This document shows positions 8,738-16,798 of a stretch of 32,000 nt of DNA, in pieces. The position numbers and the translations under genes were made by a program. The notes under the pieces are model-generated. The model made no database searches and was not told the DNA's origin. It saw nothing but the letters and a program-made list of their open reading frames with translations. Numbering within the stretch: position 1 is the stretch's first letter; each line of letters opens with the position of its first letter. Source of the DNA: Candidatus Nitrosopumilus koreensis AR1 (GTDB taxonomy: Archaea; Thermoproteota; Nitrososphaeria; Nitrososphaerales; Nitrosopumilaceae); NCBI RefSeq assembly GCF_000299365.1, contig NC_018655.1, positions 1,410,001-1,442,000 of the forward strand. The letters run 5' to 3'.

Positions 8738-9993
8738 TTCATACTTTTTACTAGTTCTTTAGCATTATCAAGAGAAATATTATTTTCTTCAATCATCTGA
8801 GAAACTATCTTATCAATCTGCTCAGTAGTGGCACCTGCTGCGGATGCCAAGTTTCTTGCATGAAGACGCATGTGTCCTTTTTGTATACCATCAGTTGCAA
8901 GTGCCCTCATAGCACTAAAGTTCTGAGCAAGACCTGTTGCAGCAATAATACAGGCCAGTTCTTTTGCAGATTCTGAACCTAGAATTTTGGTACAAATTTT
9001 TGCAACAGGATGAACATTGATGATGCCACCTACAATTCCAACAGACAATGGAATTTCCAGAGTACCAACAAGATTTCCATCAGAATCTTTATTCCATTCA
9101 GACAATGAGCGGTATTGCCCAGAGCGTGCAGCATATGCATTTGCAGCGGCTTCTATTGCACGACTGTCTTGTCCGGTAGCATTTGCCACTGCAATGATTC
9201 CATTCATGATTCCTTTGTTATGAGTTACTGCTCGATACACGTCGTGTTTTGCAAATTGATATGCATGAATCATATTGTCTACAACCTCGTCACCTCCAAC
9301 TGATTCCTTATCAAAAACAGCAGTTGCCTTTACCATACGTCTCGTAGAATAATTTGATAGTATTCTGAGAAGTGTTTTTCCTCCAGTTAATTTTTCAATT
9401 AATGGGGCAACACCTTCACACATTGTATTGGTAACGTTTGCACCCATTGCATCACCTACATCAATCAAAAGTTCAACAATTAACATTGGTTCAAAATCGG
9501 TGTCAAGTTTTTTGCATGTGATCTCTTTTGCTCCTTTTCCCATCTTAGAAAGTGTGTTACTTTTTGAATTTGCAAGATCCAAAATATCTTTGGTGTTTTC
9601 TTTGATTTTAGATATTGCATCATCTATATTTGCACCTAAAACTTGAATCTGTCCTATACTGTAAGACTCATCAGCAGCTACTGTAAACCCGCCTTTTGAT
9701 CTTGCAAGTTTGGCTGCCTTTGATGCTGCAGCAATTACAGAAGGCTCTTCAATTACCATAGGTACAAGATAATCTTTGTTGTTGATTTTGAAGTTAGTTG
9801 CAACTCCTAGTGGTAGTGAAAATGTTCCAAACGCATTTTCTACCATCTTATCTGCTTTATCAAATGTAATTCCACCATCAGGTAGTTCTAATGATTGAAT
9901 ATCATCTTCCGTTAGATTTGCAAAATTTTTGATTACATCTAGTCTTTCCTTTCTAGTCTTTTCAAAAAATTTTGAAATTGACGAGTCAGGCAT
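8734..9993 (-). CDS. hmgA: HMG-CoA reductase, class II-type sequence
   Basis: 419 aa: ENAFGTFSLPLGVA, PMVIEEPSVIAAASKAAK, DAMGAN, GIVGG. Short, with no membrane domain. The EEPSV(I/V)AA motif is characteristic of class II enzymes. Confidence 0.85.
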   Translation of the reverse strand: MPDSSISKFFEKTRKERLDVIKNFANLTEDDIQSLELPDGGITFDKADKMVENAFGTFSLPLGVATNFKINNKDYLVPMVIEEPSVIAAASKAAKLARSKGGFTVAADESYSIGQIQVLGANIDDAISKIKENTKDILDLANSKSNTLSKMGKGAKEITCKKLDTDFEPMLIVELLIDVGDAMGANVTNTMCEGVAPLIEKLTGGKTLLRILSNYSTRRMVKATAVFDKESVGGDEVVDNMIHAYQFAKHDVYRAVTHNKGIMNGIIAVANATGQDSRAIEAAANAYAARSGQYRSLSEWNKDSDGNLVGTLEIPLSVGIVGGIINVHPVAKICTKILGSESAKELACIIAATGLAQNFSAMRALATDGIQKGHMRLHARNLASAAGATTEQIDKIVSQMIEENNISLDNAKELVKSMN

Positions 9994-9994
9994 T

Positions 9995-11086
9995 TTATTT
10001 TAATATCCTCAACAGTTTATCATCATTGGCATCCGGAAAACCTTTTCCATCAGTATTAGAAGTAATCACATAAAGATAACCATCAGGTCCCTGCACAACA
10101 TCTCGGACACGTCCAATTCCACTCAGTATTGATTTTTGAGAACTCAAACCTTCTTCAAAATCTACTTGATACAGATTAGATGCCCTCATTGATGCCATGA
10201 TAAAGGGGAAGTCAAAATCAAATTTGTCACCAGTGTAAAATAAAATTCCTCCCGGTTCTATACTAGGATCATAACAAAGGATAGCATCTTCAAAACTTTC
10301 ATTGCCTGAGCATTGTTGCTCAGGCCAACCATAATTCTCACCTGCCAAAATCACATTAATTTCATCATTCTTTTCAGGTCCAAATTCTGCCACATACAAA
10401 TTACCATCACCATCCCAAGTCATTCCTTGTGGATTTCTATGTCCTAATGAATACACAGGAGAATTTGAAAATGGATTATCATCCGGAATAGAACCATCAT
10501 CGTTTAGTCTCAAAATTTTTCCAGACAAAGAATTCAGATCTTGTGGCAAATGTGAAGCATCAGATATAGTTCCAGTTCCCACATACAATTTTTCATCAGG
10601 ACCAAATTTGATAAATCCACCATTTGTAAAAGAAGAACCAGGGATTTTATCAAATATCGTTTCTGCGTCTTGAAGTTTATTTTCAGATTCTGTAATTCGG
10701 AGTATTTTATTCCACAAGTTTCCATTTTCTTCATAAGTCAAAAATACATAGAGAAGGTGATTCTCTGAAAAATTTGGATGCAGTGTAATTCCTAACAGAC
10801 CACCATCAAAAACATTAGCAGAACGTAATGCCGCAAGTGGGGATTCTAATTGTATATCATTTTCAATTACTCTGATAAAACCATCCTTTTCTGTTACAAA
10901 AATTAGATTATCAGAAACTGCAATTGAACGAGGTTTATCTAGATTTTCTGCCAAAATAACTACTGAGTCACTTTTAGAGTTAATGTTAGGTTCAGGTAAA
11001 GGAATAGGATCTGAAGGAGAAGCTAAAACAAATACAGAAAACACAACAGCAACAACAATTACTGCAATTGAAATTTTTTTGTCCAT
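9995..11086 (-). CDS. Membrane-anchored or secreted glucose/sorbosone dehydrogenase-family beta-propeller (PQQ-dependent type)
   Basis: 363 aa. N-terminal signal or anchor (ISIAVIVVAVVFSVFVLA). GLLGITLHPNF, GGFIKFGPD, GHRNPQGMTWD and WPE motifs are typical of the soluble aldose/sorbosone dehydrogenase family. Confidence 0.7.
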   Translation of the reverse strand: MDKKISIAVIVVAVVFSVFVLASPSDPIPLPEPNINSKSDSVVILAENLDKPRSIAVSDNLIFVTEKDGFIRVIENDIQLESPLAALRSANVFDGGLLGITLHPNFSENHLLYVFLTYEENGNLWNKILRITESENKLQDAETIFDKIPGSSFTNGGFIKFGPDEKLYVGTGTISDASHLPQDLNSLSGKILRLNDDGSIPDDNPFSNSPVYSLGHRNPQGMTWDGDGNLYVAEFGPEKNDEINVILAGENYGWPEQQCSGNESFEDAILCYDPSIEPGGILFYTGDKFDFDFPFIMASMRASNLYQVDFEEGLSSQKSILSGIGRVRDVVQGPDGYLYVITSNTDGKGFPDANDDKLLRILK

Positions 11087-11130
11087 GAAAATTCAAGTTC
11101 TTCAATTCATATTAATTACTTTCAAGAATT

Positions 11131-11150
11131 CAATAAAGCGTATATACGGC
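11131..11150 (+). promoter_or_regulatory. BRE/TATA promoter for the tRNA gene
   Basis: AAAGCG-TATATA, with TATATA at 11141-11146, centred about 26 nt upstream of tRNA position 1 (11170). Confidence 0.5.
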
Positions 11151-11169
11151 TCGTGTTCATTTCTGGATT

Positions 11170-11259
11170 AGCGGGGTGGGGAAGCCAGACTATTTAGGGC
11201 TAGGTCATCCCGGCGGGCTCATAACCCGCAGTTCAGTAGTTCAAATCTACTCCCCGCTA
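11170..11259 (+). tRNA. Initiator tRNA-Met (anticodon CAT) with an intron-like ~15-nt insertion in the D-loop; CCA not encoded
   Basis: Hand-folded. Acceptor AGCGGGG/CCCCGCT gives an A1:U72 pair. D-stem GGGA/TCCC. Anticodon stem GCGGG/CCCGC has three consecutive G:C pairs next to the loop CTCATAA. T-arm is AGTAG-TTCAAAT-CTACT and the discriminator is A. The gene is 90 nt and the D-loop 25 nt; removing 15 nt gives a standard 75-nt tRNA. Confidence 0.85.
11187..11201 (+). other. Putative non-canonical tRNA intron in the D-loop (boundaries ambiguous by +/-2 nt)
   Basis: Removing 11187-11201, 11188-11202 or 11189-11203 yields the same mature D-loop, AGCCAGGTCA, because AG is repeated at both junctions. 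Possible helices are AGCC(11183-86)/GGCT(11198-01) or GACT(11188-91)/GGTC(11203-06). I could not fold a strict bulge-helix-bulge by eye. Confidence 0.5.
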
Positions 11260-12627
11260 CTAATTTTGATAAACACAAAACCAAGGAAGAGATTTTTTGA
11301 AATTATTTGATTTGTTTGTGACACCTTGTCTTTGTCTAGGGCGTGTAAGATGTCTATGGGCAGAAATTTTTGGCAGATACAACTGTTTATCAATAGATCT
11401 GGGAATTTTTTCAGTTATTTTTCTTGGTGATTTTTTCCCACAACGAACGCATTGAAATCCTTGTCCTTTACCTTTAGATTTCATTTTTTTGTTGCATTTT
11501 TTGCAAGTTGGGTTTGATGTTATGAGTTGATTTTCAAGGGAAAGGATCTCAATAAATTCAAGATTAATAATTCGAGGGAAATTTTTTGAAGCTTTTCTAA
11601 CTCCTCCGCCAACAGAGATTTTATCGCCTTTGATTAAATTTGATGCAATGACCGATATACCTGTTGGTTTGTAAACTGCACACCAAAATTCGTTATTGTT
11701 TGAGAGAATTTTGAAAAAAACATGGCCACCTTTTACAATTTTAGGTGAATTTGATACAACACCAGTCAATTTTCCAGATGCGTATGGCTTTAGAGTTTCA
11801 AAAGTAAGTTCATGTTTCAAATGATCACCTGTTCCTTGATTTGATTTAAAGATCATATAACCATCCAACCTTTCTTCACTTTTCAGAATCTTAGAAGCGT
11901 GAATCAATGAACCTACATTCTCTCCGCGAACACCAAAAAAAACAGGGTCTGGGCCATGAGGAGTAATCAAAACACGTCCTTTTTTTGTATCAAAACTATT
12001 GAAAGTGTCAGGATATGTTTTTTCTTGCATTTCTTTTACGCTTTTTATAGAAATTTTTCTTTCTTTTCCAAATTTTTGTTTTTTACGATAACTCAATAAT
12101 TCCAATGTGTGATCATGAAAATCGTATCCTATTGCACCAATTGCTCCAACAAGTCCTTGTCCATTTCCTTTGTAAAAATATTCAAGATTGTTTTTTTTAG
12201 CAAATTTTTTTGCATTGTTTCTGTTAATCAATTGCCACAAAGCCAAGTCACTAAATTTTGTAAATTCAGAAGGAATAGACTCGCTTTCAAAAAATACCAA
12301 CCCAGGATTTGCACCATTTTTAGTATCAGAATATTTTGAGACAAGATTTTTGATTTGCTTTTTTATTTTTGATGGTTTGCTAGTCTTAATTCTAATAGAA
12401 ACAGCTCCGTTTCCACGAGTTTTCCATGGGATATTTGGATTAAATCGTACTAATCTTGGAAAATCAAGAAATTCTGTTTTTTGTTTTTTGAGTAAATCAA
12501 CTACTTTGTACGCTAGAAAAGTAGTGCACATTCCTTTTGGGGAATCAGTATCGTCAAATCCAATGTTAAGAACAGTTTTTTTTACCACAATTTCTTTGGG
12601 TAATTCAGACATTTTTAGTTGTTGCAA
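11260..12627 (-). CDS. tiaS: tRNA(Ile2) 2-agmatinylcytidine synthetase TiaS
   Basis: 455 aa. N-terminal IGFDDTDSPKGMCTTF (TiaS/DUF1743 signature), a central OB-like region, and a C-terminal zinc ribbon CKKCNKK...CVRCGKK. An alternative ATG lies at 12612. Confidence 0.8.
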   Translation of the reverse strand: MQQLKMSELPKEIVVKKTVLNIGFDDTDSPKGMCTTFLAYKVVDLLKKQKTEFLDFPRLVRFNPNIPWKTRGNGAVSIRIKTSKPSKIKKQIKNLVSKYSDTKNGANPGLVFFESESIPSEFTKFSDLALWQLINRNNAKKFAKKNNLEYFYKGNGQGLVGAIGAIGYDFHDHTLELLSYRKKQKFGKERKISIKSVKEMQEKTYPDTFNSFDTKKGRVLITPHGPDPVFFGVRGENVGSLIHASKILKSEERLDGYMIFKSNQGTGDHLKHELTFETLKPYASGKLTGVVSNSPKIVKGGHVFFKILSNNNEFWCAVYKPTGISVIASNLIKGDKISVGGGVRKASKNFPRIINLEFIEILSLENQLITSNPTCKKCNKKMKSKGKGQGFQCVRCGKKSPRKITEKIPRSIDKQLYLPKISAHRHLTRPRQRQGVTNKSNNFKKSLPWFCVYQN

Positions 12628-12670
12628 GATGCAGTTGGTTTAAATTAATAAAATAACATTTCAAGCTAAA

Positions 12671-13666
12671 TTGATAGTTATAGATGAAAGGAGGATTTTT
12701 CAGGAAATTGAGGAAAAAAATCCAGCATCAGTTTCATTAAATGGTCCAGATGGAATTCTGCCACAAGTGCAAGAGACAGCAAAAAACATAACAAAAAAAT
12801 TTGGCATTCCAGCATATGTACTAGCTGACACCACTTGGGGGACTTGTGATTTGAACTCAAATGGTTCCAAAGTTCTAGGTGCAGAAATTCAATTTAACAT
12901 AGGACACACCATTAACACAGAGACATATGAAAAAAACTTGATTCTCATCGATGCATACGATGATGTAGAGTTTGACAGTGTTGCAAAAAAATGTACCGAC
13001 ATATTGAAAGGAAAAACAATTTCGCTGGTTACAGATAGCCAACATCTACATCAAGTAGACAAAGTTGAAAAAATTTTGACAGAAAATGGAATTACAGTTA
13101 AGATTGGAAAAGGCAAAGGTCAGTTAAATGACGGACAGGTATTTGGTTGTGAGTTTTATCCTGCAACAGATCTCAAAAAAGAAGTTGATGCATATGTTTT
13201 CCTAGGACAAAGTAATTTTCATGCATCTGGAATCGCCTTGTCTACTAACTTACCAACGTATGTTCTAGATCCTTACTTTAATGAAGTAAGAGAAGTTACA
13301 GACTTTGCACAGAAGTTAAAAAAGAAAGCAACTCTTGCAATTTACAAAGCAGCTGAAGCAAAAACATTTGGAGTGATAGTGGGGCTAAAAGAAGGCCAAC
13401 TATCAAAGGTATTTGCATTAAAAATTAAAGAAGAACTAGAAGCAGAAGGAAAAGAAGTCCAACTATTTGCACTTACAGATATCACAAATGACAGGTTAAG
13501 AAATCTAAAAGGAATTGATGCCTTTATTCAGGTAGCATGCCCACGTATTTCTACAGACAATCAATTTGACAAGCCGGTTTTATCTTCACCACAGGCAAAT
13601 GCACTTTTAAAAATCCTGAGAAACGAAAGTATTGAAGGATATCTAGAAATTCCACATTGGTTATGA
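12671..13666 (+). CDS. dph2: Diphthamide synthesis radical-SAM enzyme Dph2 (2-(3-amino-3-carboxypropyl)histidine synthase)
   Basis: 331 aa: PDGILPQ, ADTTWGTCDL, QVACPRIS, matching the archaeal Dph2 Cys-containing motifs. TTG is the only plausible start, because an in-frame TAA sits at 12641. Confidence 0.8.
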   Translation: MIVIDERRIFQEIEEKNPASVSLNGPDGILPQVQETAKNITKKFGIPAYVLADTTWGTCDLNSNGSKVLGAEIQFNIGHTINTETYEKNLILIDAYDDVEFDSVAKKCTDILKGKTISLVTDSQHLHQVDKVEKILTENGITVKIGKGKGQLNDGQVFGCEFYPATDLKKEVDAYVFLGQSNFHASGIALSTNLPTYVLDPYFNEVREVTDFAQKLKKKATLAIYKAAEAKTFGVIVGLKEGQLSKVFALKIKEELEAEGKEVQLFALTDITNDRLRNLKGIDAFIQVACPRISTDNQFDKPVLSSPQANALLKILRNESIEGYLEIPHWL

Positions 13667-14263
13667 CACTAGTTTCTGAAATCTAGAATCATTAGAAACG
13701 TTTTCAAATGATTTTGATTTTTTTGCTTTGATTTTGTATTGAACTCCTTGGGAGATTGCCTTTTCAAGTAAGATTAGTGAATCGTTAGTTTTAGAAAGCA
13801 TTGCAAGATTACATGATTTATCAAATAAAACATCACCATTATCAGGATAGTCTTTTAAGATTTCATCACAACATGAAATGGAATCAGCATACTTACCCAG
13901 AGAAAACAGTATTCTTTCTTTGTGATACAATGCAATATTGTATTTTGGATTATGCTCCAAAATTTTATCACATAATGACAGGCCTTCAGTAAATTTGCCT
14001 TGTTTTCTAAAAGAGGAGATTTTGTTTACCAATACAGAAAGATCATCAGGGTGATTCTCAAGTGCAACATCATAACATTTCATGGCATTATCAAAATCTT
14101 TTAGTTTACTTAGGGCATATCCTTTATTGTTAAGAGAACTAAGATGTTTTGGGTTTTCATCTAGAATTTGATCATAATACGATATTGCCTCTTTGAACCT
14201 ACCTTGTAAAAATAACCTGTTTCCTTCATCTAAGATAGAATTTGTTTTAGGATCATCCATCAA
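13661..14263 (-). CDS. TPR-repeat protein
   Basis: 200 aa with about five 34-residue repeats, each with an A/G...Y...A...P pattern (e.g. FKEAISYYDQILDENPKH, FDNAMKCYDVALENHPDD, FTEGLSLCDKILEHNPKY). Confidence 0.7.
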   Translation of the reverse strand: MMDDPKTNSILDEGNRLFLQGRFKEAISYYDQILDENPKHLSSLNNKGYALSKLKDFDNAMKCYDVALENHPDDLSVLVNKISSFRKQGKFTEGLSLCDKILEHNPKYNIALYHKERILFSLGKYADSISCCDEILKDYPDNGDVLFDKSCNLAMLSKTNDSLILLEKAISQGVQYKIKAKKSKSFENVSNDSRFQKLVS

Positions 14264-14266
14264 AAA

Positions 14267-15352
14267 TCAGCTTGGTTTCATTATGATTTTTCCAAAAAGT
14301 CCTTTGCCTTTTAGCATTTTAGTATGAGCTTCAGCTGCTCTTTCAAGTGGAAAAACAGAATCAATAATAGATTTTATTTTTCCTTGAGACATCCAATAAA
14401 ATCCCTGTTCAAGCTCAGCTCTTGTGCCTTGTGTTGAGCCTAAAATGTTGATACCTTTAAAGAAAATATGTCGCAGATCAGTTTTAGCATCATATCCAGT
14501 TGTAGCACCAGTAGTGACTACAGTTCCACCATAGTTTAGAAGAGTAAGTTCCTTGTTCCAATGGGTACCACCAATGTGCTCAAAAATTACATCAACTCCA
14601 GGTATATCCCCATATTGTTTTGGTATTTTTTTTGCAATTGATCTTACTTCTTTGTGCCAATCCTCTTTTCTGTGATCAACTGCATAATCAGCACCAAGTT
14701 CTAACAGTTTATCTAACTTATCAGGACTTGCAGTTGCAATTACAGTACAGCCAAAAAGTTTTGCAATCTGAATTCCATAGTTTCCAACACCAGAACTTCC
14801 ACCCATTATCAAAACTAATTGTCCCGGTTGGATTTTTGCTCTACCAACTAACATATGCCAAGATGTTAACATAGTCATTGATGCAGCAGCTGCTTCATCA
14901 TATGAAACGCTTTCAGGGATTTTTACGACATTTACTTCTGGAAGATGTGTATATTCACAATATCCACCCCAAAGAGGGCCCGTCTCAAATCCCCAGATAG
15001 TTCGTTTTTTGCAGTCATATTCTCTTCCATCCGTACATGCTTTGCAAACTCTACAAGACATGTTTCCATGAGAAACTACCCTATCACCAACTTTGATATT
15101 TTTCACATCACTTCCAATAGCAGTTACTTCACCTGCAGCATCAGTTCCAGAAATATGAGGTAGTGGAATTGCTAAAGGTTTGCCCCTCATTCCCCAGATA
15201 TCATCATAATTTAGTGACGCAGCCTTTACTTTGAAGACTACTTCGTTTGATTTTGGTTCAGGAATCGGAATATCTTTAATTTTCAAAATTTTTGAAAAGT
15301 CGTCATCTGTGGTATATTCATCATAAACCAGAGCTTTCATGGTTTTTTTCAT
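14267..15352 (-). CDS. Medium-chain (zinc-ADH superfamily) NAD(P)H-dependent enoyl reductase, crotonyl-CoA reductase-like
   Basis: MKALVYDEY start region, a structural-Zn Cys cluster CRVCKACTDGREYDC, the Ccr-like motif IWGFETGPLWGGYCEY, and the dinucleotide loop GGSSGVG. The track ORF extends to 15583, but that extra N-terminus is Cys/Phe-rich and overlaps csl4. The ATG at 15352 (or 15340) is the credible start. Confidence 0.75.
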   Translation of the reverse strand: MKKTMKALVYDEYTTDDDFSKILKIKDIPIPEPKSNEVVFKVKAASLNYDDIWGMRGKPLAIPLPHISGTDAAGEVTAIGSDVKNIKVGDRVVSHGNMSCRVCKACTDGREYDCKKRTIWGFETGPLWGGYCEYTHLPEVNVVKIPESVSYDEAAAASMTMLTSWHMLVGRAKIQPGQLVLIMGGSSGVGNYGIQIAKLFGCTVIATASPDKLDKLLELGADYAVDHRKEDWHKEVRSIAKKIPKQYGDIPGVDVIFEHIGGTHWNKELTLLNYGGTVVTTGATTGYDAKTDLRHIFFKGINILGSTQGTRAELEQGFYWMSQGKIKSIIDSVFPLERAAEAHTKMLKGKGLFGKIIMKPS

Positions 15353-15427
15353 ATTTTTGGAGATATATGATTTATCAAGATCATTTATGCCACAAACAAT
15401 TATAATCATAAAAACAAGAATTTTAGC
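15353..15427. promoter_or_regulatory. Divergent promoter spacer between the enoyl reductase and csl4
   Basis: 75-nt AT-rich spacer. ATTATAAT at about 15399-15406 lies ~25 nt upstream of the csl4 ATG. A GATAAAT/ATATAT element on the other strand lies ~15-25 nt from the ATG at 15352. Confidence 0.35.
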
Positions 15428-15979
15428 ATGTCTGAAAATGCAACATTTCCAGGTGAGAAAATAGCATCTATTGAGGAATATGAGGCCGGATACAACGCTT
15501 TTGATGACGGAGACATGGTCAGAGCAGCAACAATTGGAGAAAAAGACATTGACAAAACCACCAGAACTGCAAACATCAAACATCCAAAAGATCTGTCCAT
15601 ACCTAAAGTAGGAGATGTCGTGATTGGAACAGTTGCAGCAGTAATGTCATCTATGATTGCAGTTTCAATTGACTACATAAATGGAAATCCCACTACATCA
15701 AAAGTAGAATGTGTATGCTCAACAAGAAACATTAGAAAAAGAAACATTGCACTTGTTAACGATATTGCAAAATTAAAAATTTTAAATCATCTTAATGGAA
15801 CTATTCATGCAACTATTGATGAACCAAACTTGGGAGTACTATTTACAAAATGCCGAAAATGTGGTGGAAAAGTAGTTCCAATGAGGGATGCCATAAAATG
15901 TACTGAATGTTCTTGGATTGATGAAAGAAAACTATCTACAGACTTTGGCAAAAGTGATTTCGTTAAACTGAGAGAATAA
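15428..15979 (+). CDS. csl4: Exosome complex RNA-binding subunit Csl4
   Basis: 183 aa. N-terminal PGEKIASIEEYEAG, a central S1-like VGDVVIGTV, and a C-terminal zinc ribbon CRKCGG...CTEC. Confidence 0.75.
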   Translation: MSENATFPGEKIASIEEYEAGYNAFDDGDMVRAATIGEKDIDKTTRTANIKHPKDLSIPKVGDVVIGTVAAVMSSMIAVSIDYINGNPTTSKVECVCSTRNIRKRNIALVNDIAKLKILNHLNGTIHATIDEPNLGVLFTKCRKCGGKVVPMRDAIKCTECSWIDERKLSTDFGKSDFVKLRE

Positions 15980-15982
15980 AAA

Positions 15983-16798
15983 ATGATTAATGTATCGTTC
16001 CAAGGTGAACGAGGTGCATATAGTGAAGCTGCTGCAAGATCATTCTTTAGTGAAGATATTGAAACGGTTTCATTTGCAACGTTTGCCGAAGTTTTAGATA
16101 GTACTACCAAAGATAAAACAGAATATTCAATTTTGCCTGTAGAGAACTCAATAGAAGGAAGTGTTGGAGAGAGTTATGATTTATTGTATTCAACATCACT
16201 AAATGTAACAGGTGAGGCATATCACAGAATAGAACATTGCCTTATTGGAACAGGTAAGATAGATGAGGTAGATACAGTTTATTCACATCCACAAGCCCTA
16301 GGTCAATGCAGAAAATTTGTTGAAGAACATAAAATGAAAACAATTCCTACATACGATACTGCAGGTAGTGTAAAAATAATCAAAGAGTTAAACGAGAAAA
16401 ATTGTGCCTGCATTGCAAGCAAAACAGCCTCGACAATTTACGACGTCCCCATCATTGCAGAAAACATTGCAAACAATTTGAACAACTATACAAGATTTTT
16501 GATATTATCAAAAAAAGAATCAGCAATTACAGGAAACGACAAGACTTCGATAATTTTCTCAATAAAGCACGAACCTGGATCATTATACAGAATAATAGAG
16601 AATTTTCACAAAGATAATGTAAACTTGACAAAGATAGAGTCTAGACCTACTAGAACAAACACTTGGGAATACAATTTCTATGTGGATTTTGAAGGGCATC
16701 AAAAAGACTCTAAAATTTCAGAAATGTTAGAAAAAATCAAGCAAGATACATTATTTTTGAAAGTTTTGGGATCGTATCCTTCAGCAAAACTGAGCTAA
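15983..16798 (+). CDS. pheA: Prephenate dehydratase with ACT domain (monofunctional)
   Basis: 271 aa: VSFQGERGAYSEAAA, TRFLIL, and ESRPT followed by YNFYVDFEGH (ACT domain). Confidence 0.88.
   Translation: MINVSFQGERGAYSEAAARSFFSEDIETVSFATFAEVLDSTTKDKTEYSILPVENSIEGSVGESYDLLYSTSLNVTGEAYHRIEHCLIGTGKIDEVDTVYSHPQALGQCRKFVEEHKMKTIPTYDTAGSVKIIKELNEKNCACIASKTASTIYDVPIIAENIANNLNNYTRFLILSKKESAITGNDKTSIIFSIKHEPGSLYRIIENFHKDNVNLTKIESRPTRTNTWEYNFYVDFEGHQKDSKISEMLEKIKQDTLFLKVLGSYPSAKLS

Noticed and set aside
11170-11259. Possibility that the CAU tRNA next to tiaS is tRNA-Ile2, the TiaS substrate
   Set aside because: The A1:U72 pair and three consecutive G:C pairs at the base of the anticodon stem are initiator identity elements, so I call it tRNA-iMet.
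12188-12643. 151-aa plus-strand ORF
   Set aside because: It lies entirely antisense to tiaS, which has strong family motifs. Its Phe/Leu/Ser-rich composition is typical of antisense frames in AT-rich genes.
15353-15583. 77-codon N-terminal extension of the enoyl reductase ORF (MFDVCSSGGFVNVFFSNCCCSDH...)
   Set aside because: It is a Cys/Phe-rich, low-complexity translation of AT-rich DNA, and it overlaps the well-supported csl4 gene on the other strand. The conserved MDR N-terminus (MKALVYDEY) starts right after the ATGs at 15352 and 15340.
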